This document shows positions 9,034 through 19,190 of a stretch of DNA of 53,861 nt, in pieces. Both the position numbers and the translations under genes were made by a program. The notes beneath the pieces are model-generated. The model saw nothing but the letters and a program-made list of their open reading frames with translations. It had not been told where the DNA came from and did no database searches. Within the stretch, counting starts at the first letter, position 1, and each line of letters opens with the position of its first letter. The stretch is from Candidatus Dadabacteria bacterium (GTDB lineage: Bacteria; Desulfobacterota_D; UBA1144; Nemesobacterales; Nemesobacteraceae): the NCBI GenBank assembly GCA_026706695.1, contig JAPOYE010000097.1:1-53861 (forward strand), read 5' to 3'.

Positions 9034-11514
9034 CTACGAACTTGTGTCAAGTTCAAGCATCTCTCCCCACTTCATCCTCACATGCTTAAGGAGTTTTTCG
9101 TAATCTCCGAGACTTCTCCCTTCAAGCATCAATTCACGGGCAGATTCTCTTGATTCATTGAGCACGGCGGAATCCCTGATCAGACTCGCGAAGCTGAAAC
9201 CTGGAACTCCCGACTGTTTTGTGCCCATAAATTCCCCGGGACCTCTTCGGGAAAGATCAAACTCGGAAATTCTGAACCCGTCGGACGTACGACCCATTAT
9301 TTCAAGCCTCTGCGCGGAATCCTCTCCCGAGGCAAATGAATATACCACGCAACAGGTTGACTCGCGCTCCCCCCGGCCCACCCTGCCTCTCATCTGATGA
9401 AGCTGGGAAAGTCCGAAGCGCTCGGCGTTTTCTATAACGATCACAGTCGCGTTTGGAACGTCAACCCCAACCTCTATAACGGTTGTGGAAACAAGAATGT
9501 CGGAGCGCCCCGCGAGAAAATCGTTCATCACGGTCTCCCTTTCCCCGCTTTTCATTCTGCCGTGTATTAACGAAACACAGAACTCCGAGAACTCCTCGCG
9601 AAGTTCCTCCACCATCCTGTTCACATCCCTTACCCACTTGAAATCCTCGTTTTCCGATTCTTCTATGAACGGGTAGATAAAATAGGCCTGAAACCCTTCG
9701 GCCAGCTCTTTTTTTACCCTCTCGTAAAGCCACTTTCTGTTTTTCTGCGTATCGCTGAGAACAAAAGTGGTTACTCTTTTTCTTGAAGGAGGAAGCTCAT
9801 CTATCACCGAGAGTTCGAGGTCTCCGTAGACAGTGATAGCCAGACTCCTTGGAATGGGCGTAGCCGTCATTACGAGCACGTCGGGAGCCGCGGCCTTGCG
9901 CATGAGCCTCGCCCTCTGAAGCACTCCGAAGCGGTGCTGCTCGTCTATCACCACAAACCCAAGCGCCTTGAAATCCACCGCTTCGGATATAAGCGCGTGG
10001 GTTCCCACCACTATATCGGCGCGCCCGGAGCTTATGTCTTTCTCTATGGCAGCCCTATCGGTCCTCGAAAGTTTGCTTTTGAGAAGCACCGTCCTGACTC
10101 CCATTGCCCCGGTCATCCTTCTTATGTTTCTGGAATGCTGCTCGGCCAGTATCTCGGTCGGGACCATTATGGCCGCCTGGTAGCCGGAAGAAACGGCGCG
10201 CAGCATGGAGACAAGGGCTACAAGGGTCTTGCCGCTTCCCACATCACCTTGAAGAAGCCTGTTCATCGGGCGGGGTGAGATCATGTCGTCGGCAATCTGG
10301 GAAATTACCGTCTCCTGCGCCCCCGTAAGGCTGAAAGGAAGCGAATCAAGGAGCCTGCGCGCAAGGGGGGAGTCAGAATCAAAGGATATGCCGCGGCTTG
10401 CCTCAACGTTACGTTTTTTAAGCAGAAGCCCCAGCTGAAGCACGAAGAACTCGAAAAACACGACGGTCCTGTGTGCAGGCGAGCCAGTAACGGACCCCGG
10501 ATCGTCAAAATCAACCGGAGGGAGGTCGCCGGGGGGAAAATGCACCTGTTCAAGCGCGTTGGGAAGATCCATAAGATCGTGTTTCCCGCGTATCTCCTGT
10601 GGAATAAGTCCCTCGAAATTCCGGGCGCAGCTGTCAAGAGCTTTTCTCACGATCTCTCTCAGTTTTTTCTGAGTGAGGCCTTCTGTAAGCGGGTAGACGG
10701 GCACTATCCTTCCGAACTGAAGAGGGTTTCCTATATCATCTTCATTCTCTATTATCTCTATGTCCTGAGGAAGAGGATGGATTATCTGAAGAGACTTTTT
10801 GCCGGAAGCAGATGAGGCCTTGCCGTGAACTATAAAATGCCTTCCCTGGCGGAAAAGCCCCCTCAGGTAGCGGGGGTTGTAGTTAAACCACAGCAGTCCG
10901 AGTCTCTGCGTTCCGTCGGAGAGCGTGACCCGGAAAAAACTTCTCTTCCTGTTTCTTATCTCTCCCAGGGAAACGACGCGGCCGCGCACCGTGTATTCTC
11001 CTCCGGGAAGCAGCTCGCACATCTCGGTTATGTTTCTTCTGTCATCATATTTTTTCGGGCAGTAGAACAGAAGATCATAGACCGTACGGACGGATCTTTT
11101 CTCAAGCAAGGCGGCGGCCCTGCGCCCGACGCCGGGAATATCCGCTACGTCCTCAAGAACTCCTCCGGGCTTTTTTTCAGAACGGCGGCGCGTGACGGCA
11201 GGACGCGCGGGGACATCCGGTTCCGGCAGCCGGACCGAAGTGCCTTTTATCCCGCGGATGACTGCGAGGGCTGAAGATATCCTTTTGATCTTGTCACGAC
11301 GCTCAAGGTCATTGAAATCAGAAAAGGAATTCCTGAGTGCCATTATCTGGCTTTTTATCTGGCCGGGGAAATTCCCCGTGAGGAACCTCGTCGAGATTTT
11401 TCTCACGTCCTCTCCGAGTTCCGGAACCTTGTCAAGATTCGAAAAATTATTCCTTGAGGCAAAAAGAAGTGGAGTCTCCAGAGAACGCAGGATTTTTTCC
11501 AGCTCGCCCCGCAT
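9034..11514 (-). CDS. recG: ATP-dependent DNA helicase RecG (with N-terminal extension)
   Basis: 826 aa. It has Walker A GDVGSGKT, a DEQHRFG box, and helicase C motifs (QLHQMRGRVGRG). Confidence 0.93.
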   Translation of the reverse strand: MRGELEKILRSLETPLLFASRNNFSNLDKVPELGEDVRKISTRFLTGNFPGQIKSQIMALRNSFSDFNDLERRDKIKRISSALAVIRGIKGTSVRLPEPDVPARPAVTRRRSEKKPGGVLEDVADIPGVGRRAAALLEKRSVRTVYDLLFYCPKKYDDRRNITEMCELLPGGEYTVRGRVVSLGEIRNRKRSFFRVTLSDGTQRLGLLWFNYNPRYLRGLFRQGRHFIVHGKASSASGKKSLQIIHPLPQDIEIIENEDDIGNPLQFGRIVPVYPLTEGLTQKKLREIVRKALDSCARNFEGLIPQEIRGKHDLMDLPNALEQVHFPPGDLPPVDFDDPGSVTGSPAHRTVVFFEFFVLQLGLLLKKRNVEASRGISFDSDSPLARRLLDSLPFSLTGAQETVISQIADDMISPRPMNRLLQGDVGSGKTLVALVSMLRAVSSGYQAAIMVPTEILAEQHSRNIRRMTGAMGVRTVLLKSKLSRTDRAAIEKDISSGRADIVVGTHALISEAVDFKALGFVVIDEQHRFGVLQRARLMRKAAAPDVLVMTATPIPRSLAITVYGDLELSVIDELPPSRKRVTTFVLSDTQKNRKWLYERVKKELAEGFQAYFIYPFIEESENEDFKWVRDVNRMVEELREEFSEFCVSLIHGRMKSGERETVMNDFLAGRSDILVSTTVIEVGVDVPNATVIVIENAERFGLSQLHQMRGRVGRGERESTCCVVYSFASGEDSAQRLEIMGRTSDGFRISEFDLSRRGPGEFMGTKQSGVPGFSFASLIRDSAVLNESRESARELMLEGRSLGDYEKLLKHVRMKWGEMLELDTSS

Positions 11515-11520
11515 AATGAA

Positions 11521-13770
11521 TCAGGCTTTTTCCGCTTTAGCGGCTTTTCCGACTATATTGCCGTCTTTATCGAGATTAAGGGTGCTTTTGCACTTTGGAT
11601 AACCGCTGCAGCCGAGAAAGCGCCCGCGGCGGCTGCGGCGAACAACCATGGGTTTACCACATTTCTCGCATTTTATATCTTCACGGACCTCGGGAGGTTC
11701 CTTCTGCTTTATGACGATCTTGCCGTCCTGCCTAGTGAATTCCTTGGGGTTTTTACAATCGGGGTACCTTGAGCAGGAAAGAAACTGCCCGTAGCGCCCC
11801 TCCCTTATAACCATGGGGGCTCCGCACTTGTCGCATTCTATATCATCGCAGATCTCGGGGTCGGTTTTCTTGCCCACGACGATCTCGCCGTCTTCCGCTC
11901 TTGTGAAGTCCTTCGCGTTCTTGCATTCAGGATACGCGGAGCAGGAAAGAAACTGCCCGTAGCGCCCCTCCCTGATAACCATGGGGGCTCCGCACTTGTC
12001 GCATTCTATATCGGTCGGAATCTCCAACTTGCGCCCCTCGATTTCCTCCTCGGCCCTGGTCACGCTCTTTGAAAACCCGTCGTAAAAACCCCGTAGGAGT
12101 TCAACCCAGTGAACTTCGCCTTCTTCCACCCTGTCAAGATCGCTTTCCATCCGGGCCGTAAACTCCTCGTTCATTATTCCCGGGAAACCCTCCACCAGAA
12201 AATCGTTCACGGAGAAGCCCAAGGGAGTCGGAACGAACCTTGCCTTCTGCCGTTCGGCGTATCCCCTGTCCTGTATTGTCGAAAGGATGGAAGCGTAGGT
12301 CGAGGGTCGTCCGATACCTTTTTCCTCAAGCTCTTTCACGAGCGAACTCTCCGAATACCTGGGCGGCGGCTGAGTGAAATGCTGCTTGGGGTCAAGCTTC
12401 AGAAGAGAAAGAATATCTTTTTCAGAAAGCTCGGGAAGCCGTTTGTTCTGGTCTCTTTTCGAGTTCTTATCAGTATCGCTGGTTTCTTCTTTTTCAGTTG
12501 CCTCCTCGTAGGCGGCTGTAAAACCCGGAAACTTCATCACGTTGCCAGTGGCCCTAAAAACGGCTTCACCCGCTGTGATGTCAACACGAGTCTGGTCGTA
12601 TACAGCCGGAGACATCTGCGAAGCAATGAACCTTTTCCATATAAGGGAATAAAGCTTATACTGGTCTTCGGTGAGAAACTTCTTGAGGTCTTCGGGACGC
12701 CTTGAAGGAAAAGTGGGCCTTATGCATTCGTGGGCGTCCTGCGCAGATTTTTTTACCTTAAAGGTGTTTGGACGCCTTGGCACGTAATCCCCTCCGTAGT
12801 TCTCGGATATGAATCCCCTTGCTTCTGCTATGGCGTTATCAGAAGCCCTCACCGAATCGGTCCTCATGTAAGTTATAAGTCCTACGGGCCCCTTACTTCC
12901 AAGTTCAACCCCCTCGTAGAGCCCTTGGGCAACCAGCATAGTTTTTTTCACGGAGAAGCGGTATTTCTTCGAGGAATCCTGCTGAAGGGTGCTTGTTATG
13001 AAAGGGGGAAGAGGGTTTCTTTTACGTTCTTTCTTTTCGATCTTCCCTACGACAAAATCCCTTCCTGAAAGCGCAGAAACTATTTCTTCTGACTGCTGAG
13101 CATTTTCAATTTTGGCTTTTTTCCCCCGGAACATGTGGAGCGAAGCCGTGAAAGCATCCGCATCGGGATCCACGGTCTTCTTAACAAGCGCGTCAAGGGT
13201 CCAGTATTCCCGCGGCTTGAAATTCTGAATCTCCCTTTCCCTGTCAACGACGAATCTGAGAGCAACGCTCTGCACCCTTCCGGCGCTCAGCCCCTTTTTA
13301 ACCTTCTTCCAGAGAACAGGACTCACTTTGTAGCCGACGATCCTGTCAAGAATTCTTCTTGCCTGCTGAGATTCGAAGCGGTCTGTGTTAATAGCAAGGG
13401 GTCTGCTCATTGATTCCCTGACGCCCGCTTCTGTTATTTCGTGTATAAGAACCCTGTGGACCTTGTCCCAGAGATTAAGGCGGTTTGCGATGTGCCACGC
13501 GATCGCTTCCCCTTCTCTGTCCGGGTCGGAGGCAAGATAGACTTTTTCCGCGTCCCGCGACGCTTTTTTCAGATTCTCAAGATACTTGGTTTTGCCCTTT
13601 ATAACGGTATATTTGGGCTTGAAATCGTTTTGGATATCCACCCCGAGACTGCTGCTCGGAAGATCTACGAGATGTCCTGAAGAGGCTTCCACGCGGAAAT
13701 CCCGACCGAGATATTTCTTTATTGTTCTCGCCTTTGAAGGAGATTCGACTATGACAAGGGATTTAGCCAT
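11521..13770 (-). CDS. topA: DNA topoisomerase I
   Basis: 749 aa. It has a Toprim N-terminus (LVIVESPSKARTIKKYLG), the active-site region LITYMRTDS, and three C-terminal C4 zinc ribbons. Confidence 0.96.
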   Translation of the reverse strand: MAKSLVIVESPSKARTIKKYLGRDFRVEASSGHLVDLPSSSLGVDIQNDFKPKYTVIKGKTKYLENLKKASRDAEKVYLASDPDREGEAIAWHIANRLNLWDKVHRVLIHEITEAGVRESMSRPLAINTDRFESQQARRILDRIVGYKVSPVLWKKVKKGLSAGRVQSVALRFVVDREREIQNFKPREYWTLDALVKKTVDPDADAFTASLHMFRGKKAKIENAQQSEEIVSALSGRDFVVGKIEKKERKRNPLPPFITSTLQQDSSKKYRFSVKKTMLVAQGLYEGVELGSKGPVGLITYMRTDSVRASDNAIAEARGFISENYGGDYVPRRPNTFKVKKSAQDAHECIRPTFPSRRPEDLKKFLTEDQYKLYSLIWKRFIASQMSPAVYDQTRVDITAGEAVFRATGNVMKFPGFTAAYEEATEKEETSDTDKNSKRDQNKRLPELSEKDILSLLKLDPKQHFTQPPPRYSESSLVKELEEKGIGRPSTYASILSTIQDRGYAERQKARFVPTPLGFSVNDFLVEGFPGIMNEEFTARMESDLDRVEEGEVHWVELLRGFYDGFSKSVTRAEEEIEGRKLEIPTDIECDKCGAPMVIREGRYGQFLSCSAYPECKNAKDFTRAEDGEIVVGKKTDPEICDDIECDKCGAPMVIREGRYGQFLSCSRYPDCKNPKEFTRQDGKIVIKQKEPPEVREDIKCEKCGKPMVVRRSRRGRFLGCSGYPKCKSTLNLDKDGNIVGKAAKAEKA
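11773..12012. repeat. 72-bp near-identical direct repeat inside topA (zinc-ribbon modules)
   Basis: Segments 11773-11844 and 11941-12012 match at 71 of 72 positions (T at 11806 versus G at 11974). They are offset by 168 bp, or 56 codons. Confidence 0.9.
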
Positions 13771-13868
13771 AAGAATAGTTGTTCCGCAAAATCTGTCTAA
13801 ATCTTATAAAAAACCCACGGAATCTGTCAATACCGATGTAAACCATTCCCCAAAGCATCCACAGCGTA

Positions 13869-14855
13869 TCAAACTTCTATACTCCGTACAAGGGCCTCGT
13901 TGGCATTATACCACCTAAGCGAGTTTTCAATACCGGTCTCGATATCAAAGCAAGGCTCCCAGTCCAAAATCTTTTTCGCCTTGTCTATACTTGCCAAGGT
14001 AACCCTGATATCGGAAGGATGCGGGGCGCTGCAAGTAACTTTAGCTCTTTTGCCGGTTCCGCGTTCTATCACGTCTATGATTTCGTTTAGGGATACGGAG
14101 GCTGCGCTTCCGAGATTTATTACCTCAAAGCCCAGATTCTTTATCGCCAGGACAGTGCCCGCCGCGATATCGTCAACGTAGGTAAAGTCCCTTTTCTGTT
14201 CTCCGTCGCCGAGTATTACTATTTCCTCTCCCTCATTTATCCACTTTATGAACCGAAAAACGCTCATGTCTGGCCTTCCTGCGGGACCGTAAACCGTAAA
14301 GTAGCGAAGCACCGAGATATCTATTCCGTAAAGAGAGTTGTAAACCGAGCAAAGGCCTTCGGCCGATTTCTTCGAGGATGCGTATTGAGAAAGCTGATAA
14401 TCGGTCTTCATATCCTCCCTGAAGGGGATTTCGTTTTCCCCGTAAACGCTCGAAGTCGAAGCGAGCACGAACTTGCCTATTCCTTCTGAGCGGCAGAACT
14501 CAAGGAGATTAAGGGTCCCAGTCACGTTGGTAGAATAATATATCCAGGGATTCTCAATGCTCTGGCGAACCCCTGCACGGGCCGCGAGGTTAATAACGCA
14601 GCCAATTCGGCCGTCCCCGCAAAAAGCCTTTATTTCCTCGCACACAGAAAGAAGTTTGGGATTGTCCGATATGTCGCATTCGAAAAAACTGAATCTCTCA
14701 AACCCTCTGAGAGTCTCAAGCCTGTGATGCTTGAGCCTCACGTCATAAGCGTCGGACATGTTGTCGAGCCCGAAAACCATATCTCCACGCTCAAGAAGAA
14801 GCTCGCAGACTTTGGCGCCTATAAATCCCGCGCAACCCGAAACAATTACATTCAT
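13869..14855 (-). CDS. NAD-dependent nucleotide-sugar epimerase (UDP-glucuronate 4-epimerase-like, SDR family)
   Basis: 328 aa. It has the Rossmann motif GCAGFIGAKV and the catalytic YASSK. It lies adjacent to ugd. Confidence 0.85.
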   Translation of the reverse strand: MNVIVSGCAGFIGAKVCELLLERGDMVFGLDNMSDAYDVRLKHHRLETLRGFERFSFFECDISDNPKLLSVCEEIKAFCGDGRIGCVINLAARAGVRQSIENPWIYYSTNVTGTLNLLEFCRSEGIGKFVLASTSSVYGENEIPFREDMKTDYQLSQYASSKKSAEGLCSVYNSLYGIDISVLRYFTVYGPAGRPDMSVFRFIKWINEGEEIVILGDGEQKRDFTYVDDIAAGTVLAIKNLGFEVINLGSAASVSLNEIIDVIERGTGKRAKVTCSAPHPSDIRVTLASIDKAKKILDWEPCFDIETGIENSLRWYNANEALVRSIEV

Positions 14856-14885
14856 GACAGTAAAGACAACTCCCAGTCCATCTCA

Positions 14886-16181
14886 TCACCTGCCGATTCC
14901 GAAATACTTGATACCCATGGCCTCAAGTTTCATGTGGTCATAGATATTCCTTCCATCAAATATCACAGGGGTCTTCATCAGCTCCTTTATCATCTCGAAA
15001 TTGGGCTGTCTGTACTGACTCCACTCGGTGTGAATCACAAGGGCGTCCGCCCCCCTGCAGGCATCGTAGTAGGATTCGAAGTAATCCACTCTGTCTCCTA
15101 ATACGGTTCTCGCGTTTTCCATGGCGGCGGGGTCGTGGACGGCAACAGAACATCCCGCATCAAGAAGCCTCTCTATCACGTACAGCGATGGGGCCTCTCT
15201 TATATCATCCGTGTTGGGCTTAAACGAAATTCCCCACACGGCAACTCTTTTTCCTCCAAGATCAGAGAAAAACCCGGCTATTTTATCGAAGAATCTCTCC
15301 CTCTGAGCGGCATTCACGCGGTCAATCGCGGCTACAACCCTAGGTTCATAACCTACACCGTGCGCCATTTTCTCAAGAGCTTTTACGTCCTTCGGGAAAC
15401 ACGACCCTCCGTATCCGATTCCCGGATAGAGATAATATCTGCCTATCCTCGCATCAGAACCTACCACCGAGCGCACCTCGGACACGTTCGCACCCAGAAG
15501 TTCGCACAGATTGGCTATATCGTTCATAAACGATATCCTGGTGGCAAGCATTGCGTTTGAAGCATACTTTGACATTTCGGAAGATCGGATGGAAACCACT
15601 ATCGTCCTGTCGGCAGACCGCATAAAGGGAGAGTAAAGCTCCCTTAGAACCGAGCCTACCGATTCATTCTCAACTCCTATTACCACCCTGTCGGGCTTAA
15701 GGAAGTCCTCAATCGCTGCTCCTTCCTTGAGAAATTCAGGATTCGACGCCACACCGAATTCCTGATCCGTGAGGGATTTTATAGTGTCGCGCACCCTCTC
15801 GGTAGTGCCAACGGGAACCGTACTTTTGGTTACCACTATCTTGTATCCGTTAAGGTTGCTCCCTATCGACCGCGCAACTTCGAGAACAGAAGAGATATCC
15901 GCCTCGCCGTCTTGCGCCTGAGGAGTTCCAACCGCAATAAATACAAGAAAGGATTCCCTGACGGCCGAAGCTATATCGGTTGTAAATGAGAGCCTTCTCT
16001 CATCTATATTGGTGCGCACCATCTCATCAAGACCCGGCTCGAAAAAGGGAACTTCAGCGCGCCGAAGGCTCTCGATTTTGCTTTCATCTATGTCAACGCA
16101 CACAACGCTGTTCCCGCTTCCCGCTAAACACGCCCCCGTTACAAGCCCCACGTAACCCGTTCCTATAACTGCTATTTTCAT
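14886..16181 (-). CDS. ugd: UDP-glucose 6-dehydrogenase
   Basis: MKIAVIGTGYVGLVTGACLA is the canonical N-terminus, and the catalytic region is GGSCFPKD. I trimmed the start from 16250 to the ATG at 16181, which has the RBS GAGGAAAC upstream. Confidence 0.92.
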   Translation of the reverse strand: MKIAVIGTGYVGLVTGACLAGSGNSVVCVDIDESKIESLRRAEVPFFEPGLDEMVRTNIDERRLSFTTDIASAVRESFLVFIAVGTPQAQDGEADISSVLEVARSIGSNLNGYKIVVTKSTVPVGTTERVRDTIKSLTDQEFGVASNPEFLKEGAAIEDFLKPDRVVIGVENESVGSVLRELYSPFMRSADRTIVVSIRSSEMSKYASNAMLATRISFMNDIANLCELLGANVSEVRSVVGSDARIGRYYLYPGIGYGGSCFPKDVKALEKMAHGVGYEPRVVAAIDRVNAAQRERFFDKIAGFFSDLGGKRVAVWGISFKPNTDDIREAPSLYVIERLLDAGCSVAVHDPAAMENARTVLGDRVDYFESYYDACRGADALVIHTEWSQYRQPNFEMIKELMKTPVIFDGRNIYDHMKLEAMGIKYFGIGR

Positions 16182-16461
16182 CTGATAAGTTTCCTCAGAT
16201 AAATACGCGGACAATCCCGCGCTGGAATCTTCAACCCGCCCGTTGACCAATTAAAAGACAAGATAGGGTACAACAAATCCTCAAAAAATAAACAGACTGA
16301 GCAGGTAGTTGATATTATCAGTCACTATAAAAATAAAGATGAGTAAGCCGGATAAAAAAGATGATTTAAGTTTGTTTTTAACAGAGTCCGCCGTTGATTT
16401 GGCTTCAATAATATTTCCCAGATTTGCCCATGTTTCTAATTGTGATTCTGGCATTGCCATA

Positions 16462-17352
16462 TCATATAAATTCCCAAATATCCTTGCAGAGCAGGTGGTC
16501 TAAACTCTGGATGTGGTCTTTCAATATGTCTTCTGTGAGCATATTTGGGCGAATATCGCAGTAATAAACACCATCAAGGGGGTTAAGCTTGACCGAGTAA
16601 CCGCGGAAATGTCCTGGCAGGAAAGTTGAACTGATACCGTACTTGTTCTTCTTATTGGTTTTCTTTCGCTGAACATCATTTAGAAACACAGCAACGTGTG
16701 GAACATTCGTATCGGTTAACTTGCTGTACAAAAACTTATCGATGAAAATTTTGTCTATTCTATCTTTGCTGGAAGTTTTTATTGAACCAATAAGTTTTAC
16801 CTCTTCATCACGTTCAATAATCAAATCGTGCTGGTAGCTCATTTGGAACTGCTTTTCTCCCTGAAGCATAAATGGGATTTTTACTACACCAGACTTACAC
16901 TCAACACCGACCTCCTTGATGACGAGATGAATTAAGCGTTCAAAAAGGTCTCCGTTGATCTTTCTTGCTTTATTAGAAGCTCCTGCCGGTAAAGCGTCAA
17001 GGGTTGAACCGATAGCCATTTGCAAAGTATAAACTGTCTTATTGATAGACTCTCTTTTTTTCTTGGATCTTATATCTTTAGCATTGTTCAGTATTTTAGC
17101 AAAAGACTCTTTGGCAACAGGGAAATCAGAGGCATCGTACATAAGTTTTGAATTTATGGGACGAGTAATCTGATAGTCGCCGTCTGAACCGTATTGATAA
17201 AACTGGTAGTGATTCTCGTTCTGGGAAACTATGACTGCTTGCAGTTTAGTAGCGACATATTCTAGATATCTTTCCGTGAAGTCCAAGAAATCAGAAATCG
17301 AGCTAAATTTTGTTTTGTCTGTTGCGATATCAGCGAGTTGGGTAATTTTCAT
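16462..17352 (-). CDS. putative type II restriction endonuclease (PD-(D/E)xK-like, CCGG-family-like motifs)
   Basis: 296 aa. Its start overlaps the stop of the upstream methyltransferase gene by 4 nt (ATGA). It carries the motifs GDLFERLI, HDLIIERDEEVK and GSIKTSSKDR. The gene is AT-rich. Confidence 0.55.
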   Translation of the reverse strand: MKITQLADIATDKTKFSSISDFLDFTERYLEYVATKLQAVIVSQNENHYQFYQYGSDGDYQITRPINSKLMYDASDFPVAKESFAKILNNAKDIRSKKKRESINKTVYTLQMAIGSTLDALPAGASNKARKINGDLFERLIHLVIKEVGVECKSGVVKIPFMLQGEKQFQMSYQHDLIIERDEEVKLIGSIKTSSKDRIDKIFIDKFLYSKLTDTNVPHVAVFLNDVQRKKTNKKNKYGISSTFLPGHFRGYSVKLNPLDGVYYCDIRPNMLTEDILKDHIQSLDHLLCKDIWEFI

Positions 17353-18314
17353 CGTATTGAATTTCTGCGTTTAAGATTCTCGAAATCATATTGCCTCCAT
17401 TTTTGTATAGGCCAATCTTCAATCAGTTCAATACGTTTTACTGCCCAATCGAGATATTCCTGAGACAAATCACATCCTATCCATTTCCGTTTGAGTTGCT
17501 CCGCACAAACGGTTGTAGTTCCAGAACCGAGGAACGGGTCGAATATTACATCGTCTTCTTTAGACGAAGCAAGAATGATTTTACGTAGAAGTTCCTCCGG
17601 CTTTTGCGTAGGATGCGGGGTTTTTTCGTGCATTCCGTTGCAAGTCGTCGGGATTTCCAGAACATCTTTCGGTTTGGCTCCTTCAGGATTGGGTTCCCAG
17701 TGGTGCTGTTTGCCGTTTCCGTATTGACTTGTAGCTGCCTGTGGGTGCGAGGGATACTTCAATGTGTGCTCCGAGTAAGGTATTCTCACAGCATCAACAT
17801 TGATCTTATGCTTTTTTGTTTTTCGAAAATGCAAAATGCTCTCATGTGACCTCCCCCAGTCATTCGCCAGGCTCGCTTTGTTTTTATAATGCCAGATTAT
17901 CCAACGGCATTTGTGAAAAAAGTCCATCGCCGGAGATTTAATATCAGCCACTATTTCCGAAAAACCACAAATGTAGAGTGAACCTGTTGGCTTGAGGATT
18001 CGGGCCGCCTGTTCTATCCAGACGCATGACCAGTCAATGTACTCTTTCTGTGAATTGAAGTAGTCCCAGTCAGCTTTCTTGATATTATATGGCGGGTCGG
18101 CAAAAACCAGATCAACAGATTCGTCGTCAAGGTCTTTCATTACATTCACGCAGTCCCCTAAATAAAACTTTCCATTCGGGTGAATGTAGTAAACTTGGGG
18201 TGAGAAAGTTTCTTGTTGGGGCAACTCTAGAATCTTACCTCTGAGCTGCTTCTGGCCAAAAAACTCATCTAAATCAGTTTTCCGTTTGAAAGACTGTCCA
18301 GTGCTTTTTCCCAT
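17349..18314 (-). CDS. beta-class N6-adenine/N4-cytosine DNA methyltransferase
   Basis: 321 aa. Motif IV (FADPPYNI) precedes HPTQKPEELL and motif I (DPFLGSGTT), which is the beta-class permutation. Confidence 0.9.
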   Translation of the reverse strand: MGKSTGQSFKRKTDLDEFFGQKQLRGKILELPQQETFSPQVYYIHPNGKFYLGDCVNVMKDLDDESVDLVFADPPYNIKKADWDYFNSQKEYIDWSCVWIEQAARILKPTGSLYICGFSEIVADIKSPAMDFFHKCRWIIWHYKNKASLANDWGRSHESILHFRKTKKHKINVDAVRIPYSEHTLKYPSHPQAATSQYGNGKQHHWEPNPEGAKPKDVLEIPTTCNGMHEKTPHPTQKPEELLRKIILASSKEDDVIFDPFLGSGTTTVCAEQLKRKWIGCDLSQEYLDWAVKRIELIEDWPIQKWRQYDFENLKRRNSIR

Positions 18315-18776
18315 ACTTGTCTAATTAAATAATCTGAACAACTTCGCATACTCCGAAACTTATAAACAGAGTCTTGTAGGCTAACTCAACCTGCCTCGTC
18401 TGTGCTCTTTTACGAACACAATCTTCGTGATAAACTGACAGCTTTTTCCCCGCGAAATTATTTAAGATAACCATAGGAACTGACATGATTACCAAACACT
18501 CTTATAGTGTATAGATTATAATCCAGATTTCATAAAATTTCTAACCTGCATTATAAACCTCTTGAAGAGCCTCGCCGCGTCCTCAAACATCCGTTTCCAA
18601 CGTTGCAGCACTCCATTCTTTCTCCTTGCCATTGTAAAATCCGAGAACCTTGAAGGTGATATCTTTAATGACAACCGTCCGATTACAGTCAGGCTACTTG
18701 CGTATACAGTTCCCGCAGAGGAAAATCCGCGATGGACAAAAGTATAGTTACAGGGAAAAAGCTAAGGAGGCGCATC

Positions 18777-19190
18777 TTGAAATCTCATACCGAGTATCTT
18801 TGGTTTAACACGGACAAAAAAAGAGAGTTCGTTCATATAACTCCGACGGTAAGACAGACCGTGCAGCAAAGCGGCATAACCGAGGGTTTTGTCCTCGTGT
18901 CCGCAATGCACATAACGGCTTCTGTCTTCGTAAACGATCTCGAGCAGGGGCTTTTCGAGGACATATGGGAATGGCTTGAAGGCCTCTCCCCCTTCAGGGA
19001 AGATTACAAACATCACCGCACGGGGGAAGATAACGGCGATGCTCACCTGAAAAATCTCCTCATGCACCACCAAGTGGTGGTTCCCGTGACAGAAGGAGAA
19101 CTTGATCTCGGCCCCTGGCAAGAAATCTTCTACGGGGAGTTTGACGGCAAGAGAAGAAAAAGGGTGGTCGTGAAGGCTACCGGGATATGA
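18777..19190 (+). CDS. yjbQ: YjbQ/UPF0047 family protein (secondary thiamine-phosphate synthase-like)
   Basis: About 137 aa from the TTG at 18777, which has the RBS AAGGAGG 6 nt upstream. The blocks [12 protein letters not shown] and GDAHLK are typical of this family. Confidence 0.75.
   Translation: MKSHTEYLWFNTDKKREFVHITPTVRQTVQQSGITEGFVLVSAMHITASVFVNDLEQGLFEDIWEWLEGLSPFREDYKHHRTGEDNGDAHLKNLLMHHQVVVPVTEGELDLGPWQEIFYGEFDGKRRKRVVVKATGI

Noticed and set aside
16380-18373. The 9-nt direct repeat AACAGAGTC (16380-16388 and 18365-18373) flanking the R-M genes, considered as possible insertion target duplications
   Set aside because: The expected number of chance 9-mer matches between two roughly 400-nt AT-rich flanks is about 0.6. 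Neither copy sits at a clear compositional boundary.
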